From NCBI GenBank assembly GCA_965205025.1, contig CBDBFU010000025.1, forward strand, positions 1-64,000: 64,000 bases of DNA. Reading direction: 5' to 3'. The notes beneath the pieces were generated by a model. That model saw only the letters and a list, made by a program, of their open reading frames with translations. It was not told the origin of the DNA and searched no databases. The DNA is from Candidatus Poribacteria bacterium. Its GTDB lineage: Bacteria > Poribacteria > WGA-4E > WGA-3G. Position numbers and translations under genes: made by a program. Of the stretch, positions 41,279 through 52,045 are shown piece after piece (position 1 is the stretch's first letter; each line of letters opens with the position of its first letter).

Positions 41279-43591
41279 ATGTTACGAAAAACTGTTTCAA
41301 ATTCACTTTTCCTTCTGTTTCTTTCTATAACTATAACCCTCTATGCACAAGATAATACGCAGGTAGGACTACCTGAGGGTGCAATCGCACGTCTGGGGAA
41401 AGGAGGAATTAATATAATGCAATTTTCACCTAATGGAAAACATCTTGTCGTCGGAACAGATGTCTGTCTCTGGGTATATGATACAAAGACGGGTGATGAT
41501 AAGGGTTTATTTACGGATAAACCTGGACATATTAACGCTATTGCATTTTCACCAGACGGGAAAAAGGTTGCAAGTGGTGGGTTTTCAAACCCAATAATTC
41601 AGATATGGGAATTGGAGTCCGGAAATAAACTCAATAATTTCAGATTTACCAGTGAAACAAATTCAATAAGTAGTTTAGCTTATTCTGAGGATGGTAGCAC
41701 GCTCATAATTTTAGATAAATTTGGAGAACTGAAACATTGGGATATTGAGGCAAATCAAATAGTGGCTAATACCCACGGTGTAGATAGACATGAAGTGATA
41801 ATTTATTCTGGTGTGCTTAATGCATTTGCAGCTGGTCAAGAGAATGGACGAATACACTTCTATGACGCAACTACAGGAAAACAGCAAAAAGGTTTAATTG
41901 GACATTCAAGTCTTTTTAATAGAGATGATAAAAATATTTGGTCGTTGGCATTCTCAAACGACGGAACTTTGTTGGCAAGTGGGAGTATGGATAAGACTGT
42001 CCGTTTATGGGATACTGAGAATCGTAAGCACCTTGCGAAATTCTCTTTACATGAATCATGGATTACAGCCGTAGCGTTCTCCAACGATGGTAGTATTTTG
42101 GCGAGTGGGGATGCAAATAAGAAAATCATACTGTGGGATACTGAAACAAATGCAAAAAGGGAACTGGAAGGACACACAAGTGGTATTTGTGTGCTTGCAT
42201 TTTCTCCTGATGGTACAACTTTAGCAAGTGGAAGCTATGATGGTACAATCCGCTTCTGGAATCCATCCACAGGTGAGGAAATATCAACATTCACAACAGG
42301 ACATTCGAAATTTATTACATCATTGGCATTCTCGAATGAGGATACTATACTTACCTCTGTGGATTTTAATGGTACTGTTGACCTATGGAATATGAGGACA
42401 AAACAGGGGCATTCATTCCTAAACACTGGACAAAATACAGTGGATAGCGCGACTTCCCTTTCTCATGATGCGATGCTATATGCAGCAATGGGTAATAACT
42501 ATACAACTGCATTTTATCCATTAGGTTTTGGATGGAGAGGAGGAGGTAGTGGTAGAAGAGAATCGAAGTTTCAAGTATGGAACCTATCCACAAGAGAGGA
42601 ATTGCATGGACCTTGGACGCATCAGAATTATTATATTAATGCGGTAACTTTTTCTCCTGATAGCAAGATGCTTGTAGTCAGTGACAGAGGTAGAGGTATA
42701 CTCTCATGGAACATTGATACTGGTGAAGAAACAGTCTTACTTAATCAAAGATCCCATTGGAAAAATAAACTAATTTTCTCTCCAAATGGAAGAATGGTTG
42801 CATTTCAGGGAGGACATTCCACATCACATATATGGAATTATGAGACACAACAGGAGATCACCCCTGAGTATATGAAACGTAATTCTTCAGCTATATCATT
42901 TTCTCCAGACAATATGATACTCGCGGTAGCATACCGAAATCAGATGGTATTATGGGATATTGTAGAGAATGAATTTAATGAACGAGGTAGTATGAAGATA
43001 GGTATTATAGAAGAAATAACATTCTCTCCTGATGGAAAATTAATTATTAGTGCAAACGCACAAGGATGGAAATATTACATAAAAGTTTGGGATGTAGAAA
43101 CAGGAAACGAATTACTATCATTAAACGGGCACACCGAAAAAATAAAAGTATTAAGGTTTTCTCATAATGGAAAAATACTTGCAACTGGAAGTATGGATGG
43201 AACAGTTCTTTTATGGGATTGGGAGCAGATCAAACAAAAACTCTTAATTGAACGTGTTGATAATCTTACAACTAATCTCATACCTCCTGTAATCCTGCCA
43301 GAATACGAAAGTAAAGAAGCGGAAGCTGAAGCAGTAAAATTATGGCTAAAAGAGAATGGATATACACTTGAAATCACACCAAACCGTTTTTCGCTTAAGC
43401 ATGCCGAATCAAGTAGTACTATCTCTGGCTTAGGTGGTGGCAGACTCTCCAGTGGTGATGTGGATATAGTAGTGAATAATCCCTTTTTCACTATAAAGGT
43501 ATTTAAGATTGGTACGGGGACATTTATACATGAAAATGGTGAAATCAAATATCATGAAATAGAAGAGGTAGAGAATACAAAAGAGGAATAA
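41279..43591 (+). CDS. Secreted WD40 beta-propeller protein with an extra ~115-aa C-terminal domain (array member 5)
   Basis: Same termini as the other members, plus an extension after LLWDWEQI. Confidence 0.9.
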   Translation: MLRKTVSNSLFLLFLSITITLYAQDNTQVGLPEGAIARLGKGGINIMQFSPNGKHLVVGTDVCLWVYDTKTGDDKGLFTDKPGHINAIAFSPDGKKVASGGFSNPIIQIWELESGNKLNNFRFTSETNSISSLAYSEDGSTLIILDKFGELKHWDIEANQIVANTHGVDRHEVIIYSGVLNAFAAGQENGRIHFYDATTGKQQKGLIGHSSLFNRDDKNIWSLAFSNDGTLLASGSMDKTVRLWDTENRKHLAKFSLHESWITAVAFSNDGSILASGDANKKIILWDTETNAKRELEGHTSGICVLAFSPDGTTLASGSYDGTIRFWNPSTGEEISTFTTGHSKFITSLAFSNEDTILTSVDFNGTVDLWNMRTKQGHSFLNTGQNTVDSATSLSHDAMLYAAMGNNYTTAFYPLGFGWRGGGSGRRESKFQVWNLSTREELHGPWTHQNYYINAVTFSPDSKMLVVSDRGRGILSWNIDTGEETVLLNQRSHWKNKLIFSPNGRMVAFQGGHSTSHIWNYETQQEITPEYMKRNSSAISFSPDNMILAVAYRNQMVLWDIVENEFNERGSMKIGIIEEITFSPDGKLIISANAQGWKYYIKVWDVETGNELLSLNGHTEKIKVLRFSHNGKILATGSMDGTVLLWDWEQIKQKLLIERVDNLTTNLIPPVILPEYESKEAEAEAVKLWLKENGYTLEITPNRFSLKHAESSSTISGLGGGRLSSGDVDIVVNNPFFTIKVFKIGTGTFIHENGEIKYHEIEEVENTKEE

Positions 43592-43594
43592 ACA

Positions 43595-45562
43595 ATGATT
43601 CATCATATTTTCAGACTTTTAGTTCTGTTGACAGTAACCTTTCATTTTAGTGTGTATGCTCAAGAATCAACACAGAACGGTTTACCAGACGGGGCAATAG
43701 CACGACTCGGTAAGGGTGGGATAAATCTCATGCAGTACTCTCCTGATGGGAAATATCTTGTCGTAGGAACAGATGTTGGTGTATGGGTATATGATACGAA
43801 GACTGGTGATGAGAAGGGATTACTTGCTGATAAACCTGGACAGATTAATGCACTTGCTTTTTCACCGGATAGTAAAACACTTGCCAGTGGAGGATTTGCA
43901 AACAAGATTATTCAATTGTGGAATTTGGATACTGGTAAAAAACTCAGGAATTTTATATTAACCAATGAAACAGATTCAACCCACGGTTTAGCTTTTTCTG
44001 AGGATGGTGATCTACTCATTATTTTACAGAGATCTGGAGTAATGAAACATTGGGAAATTCAAACGAATCAAATAGTGTCTAATGCCTATAAGGTGAAAGA
44101 TCATGAAGCAATTGCATATTCTAAACAGCTCAATGTTTTTGCCACTGGACTGGATAATGGGAGAATCCACTTCTATGATGCTACAACAGGAAAACCGAAA
44201 AGAGGTTTAATTGGGCATGCCAGTCTTTTTAATAGCGACGATAAGACTATTTGGAATTTATCATTCTCAAACGACGGAACTATGCTTGCCAGTGGAAGTA
44301 TGGATAAGACTGTACGATTATGGGATACAGTCAAACGAAAAAGTCTTGGAAAATTCTCTGGACATGAAACATATATCACTGCTGTGGCTCTATCTTACAA
44401 TGGGAAAATCTTGGCGAGTGGTGATGCTAAAAAGAATATAATTCTTTGGGATACGAAAACCAAGCAAAAACTGGGAGAATTGGTAGGACATACAAATGGA
44501 ATCTGTGCACTTGCGTTTTCACCTGATGGAACTACCTTAGCAAGTGGAAGTTATGATGGGACAATTCGTTTTTGGAATCCAATAAATGGAGAGGAGATAT
44601 CAATTTTCACAACTGGTCATTCAAAATGGATTCAGTCATTGGCATTTACAAGAAACGATACTACACTAACTTCTACGGATTTTAATGGTACTATCGATCT
44701 ATGGAATTTGAAAACAAAAAAGGGGCTCTCGTACTTCAATATTGGACAAGGTAAATCAGTAGGCACTGCAACTATATCACAGGATGCAGTTCTATTTTCA
44801 GCAAAAAAACATACCTATACAACTGCTTTTCACCCATTAAGTTTTAGTAGTAGGGGTGGTGGCAGTAGAATGGGTGTAAGTCTTCAAGTATGGAATATTT
44901 CGACAGGTGAAGAAATTCATGGACCTTGGGAAAATCAGAAATTGGATATAAATGCAATGACATTCTCTCCAGATAAGAAAAACTTAGTAGTAAGGGATAG
45001 ACATAAAGGCGTTTATTCATGGAATATTGATACTGGAGAGGAAAGAATTATATTTAACAATCGGTCCCAATGGGAAAATAAATTAACCTTTTCACCAAAC
45101 GGCAAATTTCTCGCGTTTAATGGTCGACATTCCTCCACACATATATGGGAGAGTGTAACATATCAAGATATAACCCCTGAGGATATGATAGAAGCCTCGG
45201 CTATAGCATTTTCACCTGACAATACACTACTTGCAATGGAGCAGCGTGATATGCTTGTTTTATGGGATATCCAAGGTACAGAATTCACAGAACGAGGAAG
45301 TATTAAAGTAGGGAACATTGAGGGGCTGCTATTTACCCCTGATGGGAAATACGTCCTATCTGCTAACATAGATAGATGGCAATATAATATAAGAATTTGG
45401 GATATCGAAACAGGAAATTATTTATTATCCTTACTCGGACACACAGAGAAAATTAAAGCAATGAGATTTTCTCATAACGGACAAATACTCGCAACTGGGA
45501 GTCTGGATGGAACTATCCTTCTATGGGATTGGGAACAAATCAGTCATAGACTTAAAAAATAA
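43595..45562 (+). CDS. Secreted WD40 beta-propeller protein (array member 6; close paralog of member 5)
   Basis: Body highly similar to 41279-43591 (NGRIHFYDATTGK..GLIGH.SLFN.DDK). Confidence 0.9.
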   Translation: MIHHIFRLLVLLTVTFHFSVYAQESTQNGLPDGAIARLGKGGINLMQYSPDGKYLVVGTDVGVWVYDTKTGDEKGLLADKPGQINALAFSPDSKTLASGGFANKIIQLWNLDTGKKLRNFILTNETDSTHGLAFSEDGDLLIILQRSGVMKHWEIQTNQIVSNAYKVKDHEAIAYSKQLNVFATGLDNGRIHFYDATTGKPKRGLIGHASLFNSDDKTIWNLSFSNDGTMLASGSMDKTVRLWDTVKRKSLGKFSGHETYITAVALSYNGKILASGDAKKNIILWDTKTKQKLGELVGHTNGICALAFSPDGTTLASGSYDGTIRFWNPINGEEISIFTTGHSKWIQSLAFTRNDTTLTSTDFNGTIDLWNLKTKKGLSYFNIGQGKSVGTATISQDAVLFSAKKHTYTTAFHPLSFSSRGGGSRMGVSLQVWNISTGEEIHGPWENQKLDINAMTFSPDKKNLVVRDRHKGVYSWNIDTGEERIIFNNRSQWENKLTFSPNGKFLAFNGRHSSTHIWESVTYQDITPEDMIEASAIAFSPDNTLLAMEQRDMLVLWDIQGTEFTERGSIKVGNIEGLLFTPDGKYVLSANIDRWQYNIRIWDIETGNYLLSLLGHTEKIKAMRFSHNGQILATGSLDGTILLWDWEQISHRLKK

Positions 45563-45636
45563 ACGTGGTGAGAATCTGATGTGAAATCAAATATCATTAA
45601 ATAGAAGATACAGAGAATATAAAATAGGAGTAAAAA

Positions 45637-47608
45637 ATGATCCATCATATTTGCAGACTCTTAGTTCTGTTGACATTAGTCTTTCACGTTATTGGGTATG
45701 CGGAAAACTCAGAACAAACCCATGTACCTGAAGGAGCTATCGCACGTTTTGGCAAGGGTGGGATAAATCTTATTCGGTTTTCACCGGACGGTTCAAAACT
45801 GGCTGTTGGAACAGATATTGGACTTTGGGTGTATGATGTCAAGGATGGTGTATCCTCTGGTTTATTTACCCGAGATATAGGTCAAGTGAATGTCCTGGCA
45901 TTTTCAAAGGATGGTGGTTTACTGGCAAGTGGTGGAGATGGGAATCCAATTCTTCAGGTTTGGAACATTCATTCCAACAAAGTCCATTCATCAGTGAATT
46001 TACATAAAGGTGAAATGGCATTACGAGCCTTAACATTTCACAACCGACTTATTTACACAATGAGCAGGTCTGCAGATATGGTCTCCTATAATCCTGATAT
46101 TGGTGTAAAATTATCTGACAATCGTTTTTATTATAATTACGGTCTCTCGACCTTCTCGGATGATGGAGCTACACTTGCAGGTGTAACTCATAATGGTGAG
46201 ATCCACTTACGTGATGTCAAGACCGGAAAAAAAATTGCACAATTAATTGGCCCTGAAGACACGAAAAAAGAAGAAATTACTATTCTTTCATTTTCTTCAG
46301 ATGGGAGGATTCTTGCAGGTGGGAGCGAGGATAAATCAGTACATTTATGGAATACTGTAAAGCATGAAAAGATCACACAATTAAAGGGATATAAAGGGTT
46401 GATAACGGCAATTGCATTTTCAGATGACAGTAAGACAATTGCAAGTGCAGATGCAAGTAAGGAAATAACCGTGTGGAATATAGATACTGGTACAAAACAG
46501 TGTTCTATCAAAGGTCATAAGAATACCATTAACACCCTAACTTTTTCTCCTTCAACAACACCCGAATACGGAATGTGTCTTGCCAGTGGTAGTGCGGATG
46601 GAACTATCCGTTTTTGGAATCCAACCGATGGAAATGAACTCACAGTATTCTCAACTGATTATACAGAAATAATAAGGGCAGTTGCATTCTCAAACAACTC
46701 TACACTTGTTTCAGCATCGTATAATGGTGGTGTAAACATTTGGAATTTGAGCACCTATGACTTAGAGGAAAGTATTAAGATAGGGGAAAATGATGCAGTT
46801 GGTTTATTAACAATTTCCTCAGATTGCACACTTATTGCAGCACAAGATTCAGAAGAATATCTAAGGTCGACAACACACGGTTACGAGATTTCTCGAGAAG
46901 CAGATAGAAATAACAATATCGGGTTATGGTCGATTCCAGTTGGCGAAAAAATTGCCGTATTACAGAGAGAACTAAAACAAGGTGATATAGATATTGCAGA
47001 GTTTGCCCCCAACAGTAATATTATTGCCATACCACAATCTGATACTATTTTTGGCTATCATGTTCTCACAGGGACTGAATTGTTTAGTTTGAAAACTGAA
47101 AGACCGAGTTTCGGTGGTAAATTAGTCTTCTCTCACGATGGAGATTGGATTGCTACGATAGGTCATCACACACATCCACATGTATGGAATTTAGAATCAC
47201 TTGATGAACCCCCAAGAGTGTCTGAGAAAGTAGGACTTTCTTTAGTCTTCTCACCTGATAGTAACACCCTTGTTCTGGTTGGGTTTGATGGGATGTACCT
47301 ATGGAAATTTAAAGCAAATTCCCAAGAGATGCAGACAATCACATTGCAGAAATTTGGTAGTTTAGATCAAACCATAGAATTTTCACCTGACGGAACTAAG
47401 CTATTGGAGTCTGCGATGAGTTTTGATTACCGAATTAGAATATGGGACATACAAACAGGCAAGATTTTAGATACCTTGTCTGTTCATACTGAGTCTGTTA
47501 CAACCTTGGCTTTCTCACCAGATACAAAGTTATTGGCAAGTGGAAGTTATGATGGAACCGTCTTATTATGGGATTGGGAGAAAAATCTCATCGAAACTGA
47601 ATCAGTAA
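45637..47608 (+). CDS. Secreted WD40 beta-propeller protein (array member 7); probable extra A near the 3' end
   Basis: The ORF as given runs to 47679 and overlaps the next gene. Removing one A from the run at 47581-47585 gives WDWEKISSKLNQ* (TAA 47606-47608), like the paralogs. Confidence 0.8.
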
Positions 47609-47623
47609 TATATGGATACATTA

Positions 47624-49611
47624 ATGAAAAGTGTATTATTTTCTATATTTCTACTCCTAATTGCGTTATACCATCATAGTTATGCTGATTATAATTCTCA
47701 TATCGGTATTCCTGAGGATGCAATTGCACGCCTTGGTAAGGGTGGAATCAATCTGATGCAGTTCTCACCAGATGGCACAAAACTGGCTGTAGGTACAGAT
47801 GTGGGGATGTGGATATACAATGTGGCAACCGGTCAAGAGACTCCTCTTTTTCCAGTCCACACTGGAGAAGTTAATGCGCTTGCTTTTTCGTCAGATGGGA
47901 GTAGGCTTGCAAGTGGTGGACGGTATGACTCGGGCCTTCATATATGGAACACAAAATCAAATAAGCTTCTTTCAACCCATACAAATTGAACAAGCACCTA
48001 AATCTTCATCATTGACGATGGCATTTAATCAGAAAACACTTATCAATATAAATAGAAATGGGATAACCTATTGGGATCAGACAACAGATGATATTAGGTC
48101 AGAATTGCTACCCAAATTCACCCAGGAATAGAGTAATGTTATCTAATAACGGTGAAATGATCGCTGTTGTTGATAAAGATAGAAAAGTCCATCTATATGA
48201 TGTTAACACAAGAAAGCGTCTAACTGTTATTGAAGGACATAAAGCCGAGGATGAAACTAAAGTTTTAGCATTAGTATTTTCCCCTGATGGCAAGTACCTT
48301 GCCAGTGGAAGTGAAGATAATACTGTTATAATATATGATATACAGAATAGTATAAAACTTGCGACACTTATAGGACATTCAGCATGGGTTACCTGCCTTG
48401 CGTTCTCAAAGGATGGGAAGACATTAGCCAGTGGAGATGCAAAAAAGGTGATAAAACTCTGGGATATAGAAAACATTTAAGGAGAGAGTGTCACTAATAG
48501 GACACAATAATACAATCTCTGCTTTGGTCTTCGCACCTATAGCATCAAAAAAATATGGAGGATGTCTGGCAAGTGGAAGTATAGATGGTACGATACGGTT
48601 TTGGAATCCAATTGATGGGAAGGAGATACAAACTTTTGCATCTGGACATATAGAATCAATTAAAGCGTTGGCATTTTCTGACACAGACATGACAATATCA
48701 ACTGGAGCAATTAATGGAACAGTAGACGTGTGGAGTTTACAAACGCACGACATCATAAACACTTTCACTAAGGGACAATGCGACGCAGTTAATCACATAG
48801 CATTCTCACCTACAGGTAAACATTATGTAAGACAGGGTTGGCAAGGATTACTGTGGTATGATTCAATCGGGTTTATTTATCAAGGAGAATTCTCTTGGAA
48901 TACTAAAGTCCAATCATGGCATATTGCATCAGGTAAAGAAATACAGAATAATTGGGTAGACGATTTAAGTGGATTTGATTATCTCATTTTTTCTCTCCTA
49001 TCGACAATATTATAGCTGTTACCAATAACAAACACTTAAGAATACATCATCTAAACACAGGTCTTGAGCTTTATGAAATTGAAATTAATTCTGATTCAGG
49101 GATAAGATCTCCGATTTTCTCACCCGATGGAAAATGGATTGCAACTCGTGGAAGGACTGGTACTGCATATATATGGAATGTACAACATCCTAATAGACCG
49201 CCATTTGTATCAACAGAGAAAGGAATTTCTATAGTATTCTCACCTGATAGCTCTACACTTGCAATTGGGAGTAGATCAGGCATCTATTTTTGGAAATTCC
49301 GTGTTAAACAAGATTCTGAACCAACCTATATCTCAAATAAAATGAGTGGTGCTCGTAATTTGTTGGCATTTTCACCTGACGGCACAATTATCTTAGTAAC
49401 ATCAGATAACTATTTCTCCGTAAAAACAATAAAACTATTGGATGTGGAAACGGGAAAAAGTTTAGGTGAATTATCCGGACACACAGAATCTATTACCACT
49501 CTTGTGTATTCACATGATGGGAAGATATTAGCAAGTGGTAGTGATGATGGAACTGTTCTGTTATGGGATTGGGAGAAAATCGTTGGACGTATTAAAGTGG
49601 AGAAATTATAA
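47624..49611 (+). pseudogene. WD40 beta-propeller protein (array member 8) broken by four frameshifts (likely sequencing errors)
   Basis: ORF pieces 47612-47989, 47799-48131, 48088-48480, 48488-49015 and 49342-49611 join into one full-length paralog after removing extra bases in homopolymer runs. Confidence 0.8.
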
Positions 49612-49625
49612 CCGAAGACTGTTAC

Positions 49626-49883
49626 CTAATAAATAATGCATGCCCCACCAGTACATACGCTTCCTGACTGTTGGGTTGCATCACCAGCATTAGATTTTGA
49701 TTCACCTGCTTCAAATTCAGATATAAGTGATACAGTATTATCAGATGGTTTCGTTATGTTAAATTGAAGTGCATCACTTGATGTAAATGCGACTGTACAA
49801 CCTGAAAGCAATCCTACGAAGAAAAATCCACCTATAAACATTAGTACCATAATACTTCCTATCTTCACGAATCTATACCTCAA
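49626..49883 (-). CDS. Small putative lipoprotein with C-terminal CTGGAC motif
   Basis: Hydrophobic leader with LSGC lipobox; ends SVCTGGACIIY; overlaps the DUF362 stop. Confidence 0.65.
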   Translation of the reverse strand: MRYRFVKIGSIMVLMFIGGFFFVGLLSGCTVAFTSSDALQFNITKPSDNTVSLISEFEAGESKSNAGDATQQSGSVCTGGACIIY

Positions 49884-50985
49884 TTTTAAGTAGATTTACC
49901 TGATCAAGTGAATTCATACCTAATTCTAAACTGGCGGCTGATGAAATATGGTTAGCGTATTTCGATATAGACCCTAATCCCATTTCCTCACGTTTTTGAT
50001 TTACTGTTTGGAGAATTAATGTATCAAGGATGACTGGATCAGGACCAACAAACATAGATCCGTACTTCCATGTGCTTTCCTCGTGATATGTGGGACCACG
50101 GTCAAAGGATGCTACCAGTCCATCAACGATATTTAATACAACTTTATCCTTAATAATCTTATTCTCAAATATCTCACCGATAGCAGGATTACAATATAAG
50201 GGTTTACCATGGAATCTTCGAGTATTATCAACACTTCCAAAAGCCATGTTCTTTAGACACCCACTCACACCTGCCATATCGTGTTGCTTTAGAACAGGCA
50301 CATTTATTACCACATCCACCAAATTAGTTAGAATACGCGAATATCTTGATCGGGTACTCTCATTTTCTCGTCTTGCAATACTATCTTTCTCTGTTTCATA
50401 GAAGACTTCATCATCATACCCAATATCATCTGTATCAGATGCGAAAGTACGTACATCCCCTTCCTCTTTCTTTATTGGATAACCTGCATTTAGAAGATGT
50501 GCTTCAAACCGATCCCAGATGATAATCTGTTTCCTTAAAACACCTGCGGTAAATAAACTCTCAATGATTTTATCGACAATTATGGAGTGTGTGCTTAGAT
50601 TTGGTCCAGCGAGTGGGTTGATTTTTATTCCAACAATTGCATCAGGTAGAATAAAATCGCGCCATGCCTCTTTTGCAGTTTCACGTCCTGTCAGTTTCAT
50701 CATAGCGTTGTCAATCATTTCACCGACAACATCTTCGTTAAGAATATCATCTTCCCAAACGGATTTACCTATGACTTCTGCGACTGGGGGTAGAGTTTCC
50801 TTTTGCACGGGATCTCTTATCACCCTACCACCAATTTGTCCGAAGGCGGGGAGTGTTGTTAATGCTGCAGTACTAAGTATACCCATCTGACCAAGGAATT
50901 GGCGACGGTTAAACTTATCTCGTTGTTCTACTGTTTCTTGGCAGTCAAGAAGAATATTATCTACAACTTTGTCGTTCTTATTCAT
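49873..50985 (-). CDS. DUF362 domain protein with Tat signal
   Basis: NRRQFL twin-arginine motif; VGIKINP; INVPVLKQH...GVSGCLKNMAFG; DPVILD. Confidence 0.85.
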   Translation of the reverse strand: MNKNDKVVDNILLDCQETVEQRDKFNRRQFLGQMGILSTAALTTLPAFGQIGGRVIRDPVQKETLPPVAEVIGKSVWEDDILNEDVVGEMIDNAMMKLTGRETAKEAWRDFILPDAIVGIKINPLAGPNLSTHSIIVDKIIESLFTAGVLRKQIIIWDRFEAHLLNAGYPIKKEEGDVRTFASDTDDIGYDDEVFYETEKDSIARRENESTRSRYSRILTNLVDVVINVPVLKQHDMAGVSGCLKNMAFGSVDNTRRFHGKPLYCNPAIGEIFENKIIKDKVVLNIVDGLVASFDRGPTYHEESTWKYGSMFVGPDPVILDTLILQTVNQKREEMGLGSISKYANHISSAASLELGMNSLDQVNLLKIEV

Positions 50986-51865
50986 TGAGTTTATTCAATT
51001 CTTCCAATGTCGTTGCGGTTGGCACTCTACCGAACTGTTTATCGAGAGATTTCCAAGCGATTGTTCCATCTGTATCAATGATAAACGTTGCAGCTCGTGA
51101 AATCTGGTTCAGCGGTTGTTCAAAAATGTTGTATAATGTGGTGGCTACCTTTTTACCATCGGATAATATGATATATGTCAGATTATTATTATCGGTTGTT
51201 CGTTTTGTTAATCCAATGCCCTCAACACTTATTGCGATTAACTCTGCTCCAGCTGCTTTAATCTCACCATAGTTTTGTTGCAACTCAACGAGTTGATTAA
51301 TGCAAGCCCCTCAGCCACCAGTACGATAGAATACAAGAACTACTCTTTTTTCTTCACCGATATAATCAGAGAGGGAATATAGATCACCGTTCCCATCAGG
51401 TAATTCAAAATCTGGTGCTTTTGCGCCAATTTTTAAACCTTCACCTGGAGGTAATTCGGTTGATTGTGGAGGTAAGTCAAACTCTTCAATTTCAGGAAAC
51501 TTTTGTTTTGTGAGAATTACTTTTTCTATTGAAACATTTGTTCCTTGAGCTACTACTACTTCCACTTCAAATTGTTCATACCCGTTAGCAACAAACATAA
51601 TTTTGTAATTTCCAGCTTCAAGATCTGTGAATTTGAAACTACCTTCCGCAACAGTCTGTCTGATTATTTGACTATCTAACAATAGGGTGGCTTGAATCGG
51701 AACACCATCAATCAACAGCACCTCTCCTTGAATTGTACCAGATGAAGTTTCAGTTCCAGGAACAACATCTAATGAATTGTCTGTATTTCCACAACCTATG
51801 ATTGTAGAGCAGATTGCAATGATTACAAAGAAGATATATGATTGATTCAATGTGTACCTCCTCAT
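50978..51865 (-). CDS. Selenoprotein: lipoprotein with beta-sandwich domain plus AhpC/TSA peroxiredoxin-like domain (UGAC motif), 295 aa
   Basis: ORFs 51311-51865 and 50978-51283 are in frame. Reading through TGA 51311-51313 gives VVLVFYRTGG-U-GAC-INQLVELQQNY. IIGC lipobox. Confidence 0.88.
51281..51295 (-). promoter_or_regulatory. Putative bacterial SECIS apical hairpin
   Basis: mRNA CAACUC-GUU-GAGUUG; the loop starts with G after a 21-nt spacer from the UGA. Confidence 0.7.
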
Positions 51866-52045
51866 CTAATTTTATTCTATCTGATTATCTCTATAATACA
51901 TCAATTAATTTATAACAAAGACAAGGTGTTATGGCTGTAGTGCTGTATTTAATAAAACAATGTACTACATAAAGTTAGAATCTACGTTAACGAGAATGAT
52001 GCAAACTCACAATATGTAGTACAGTCAGGTTAATGTTATAAATAA

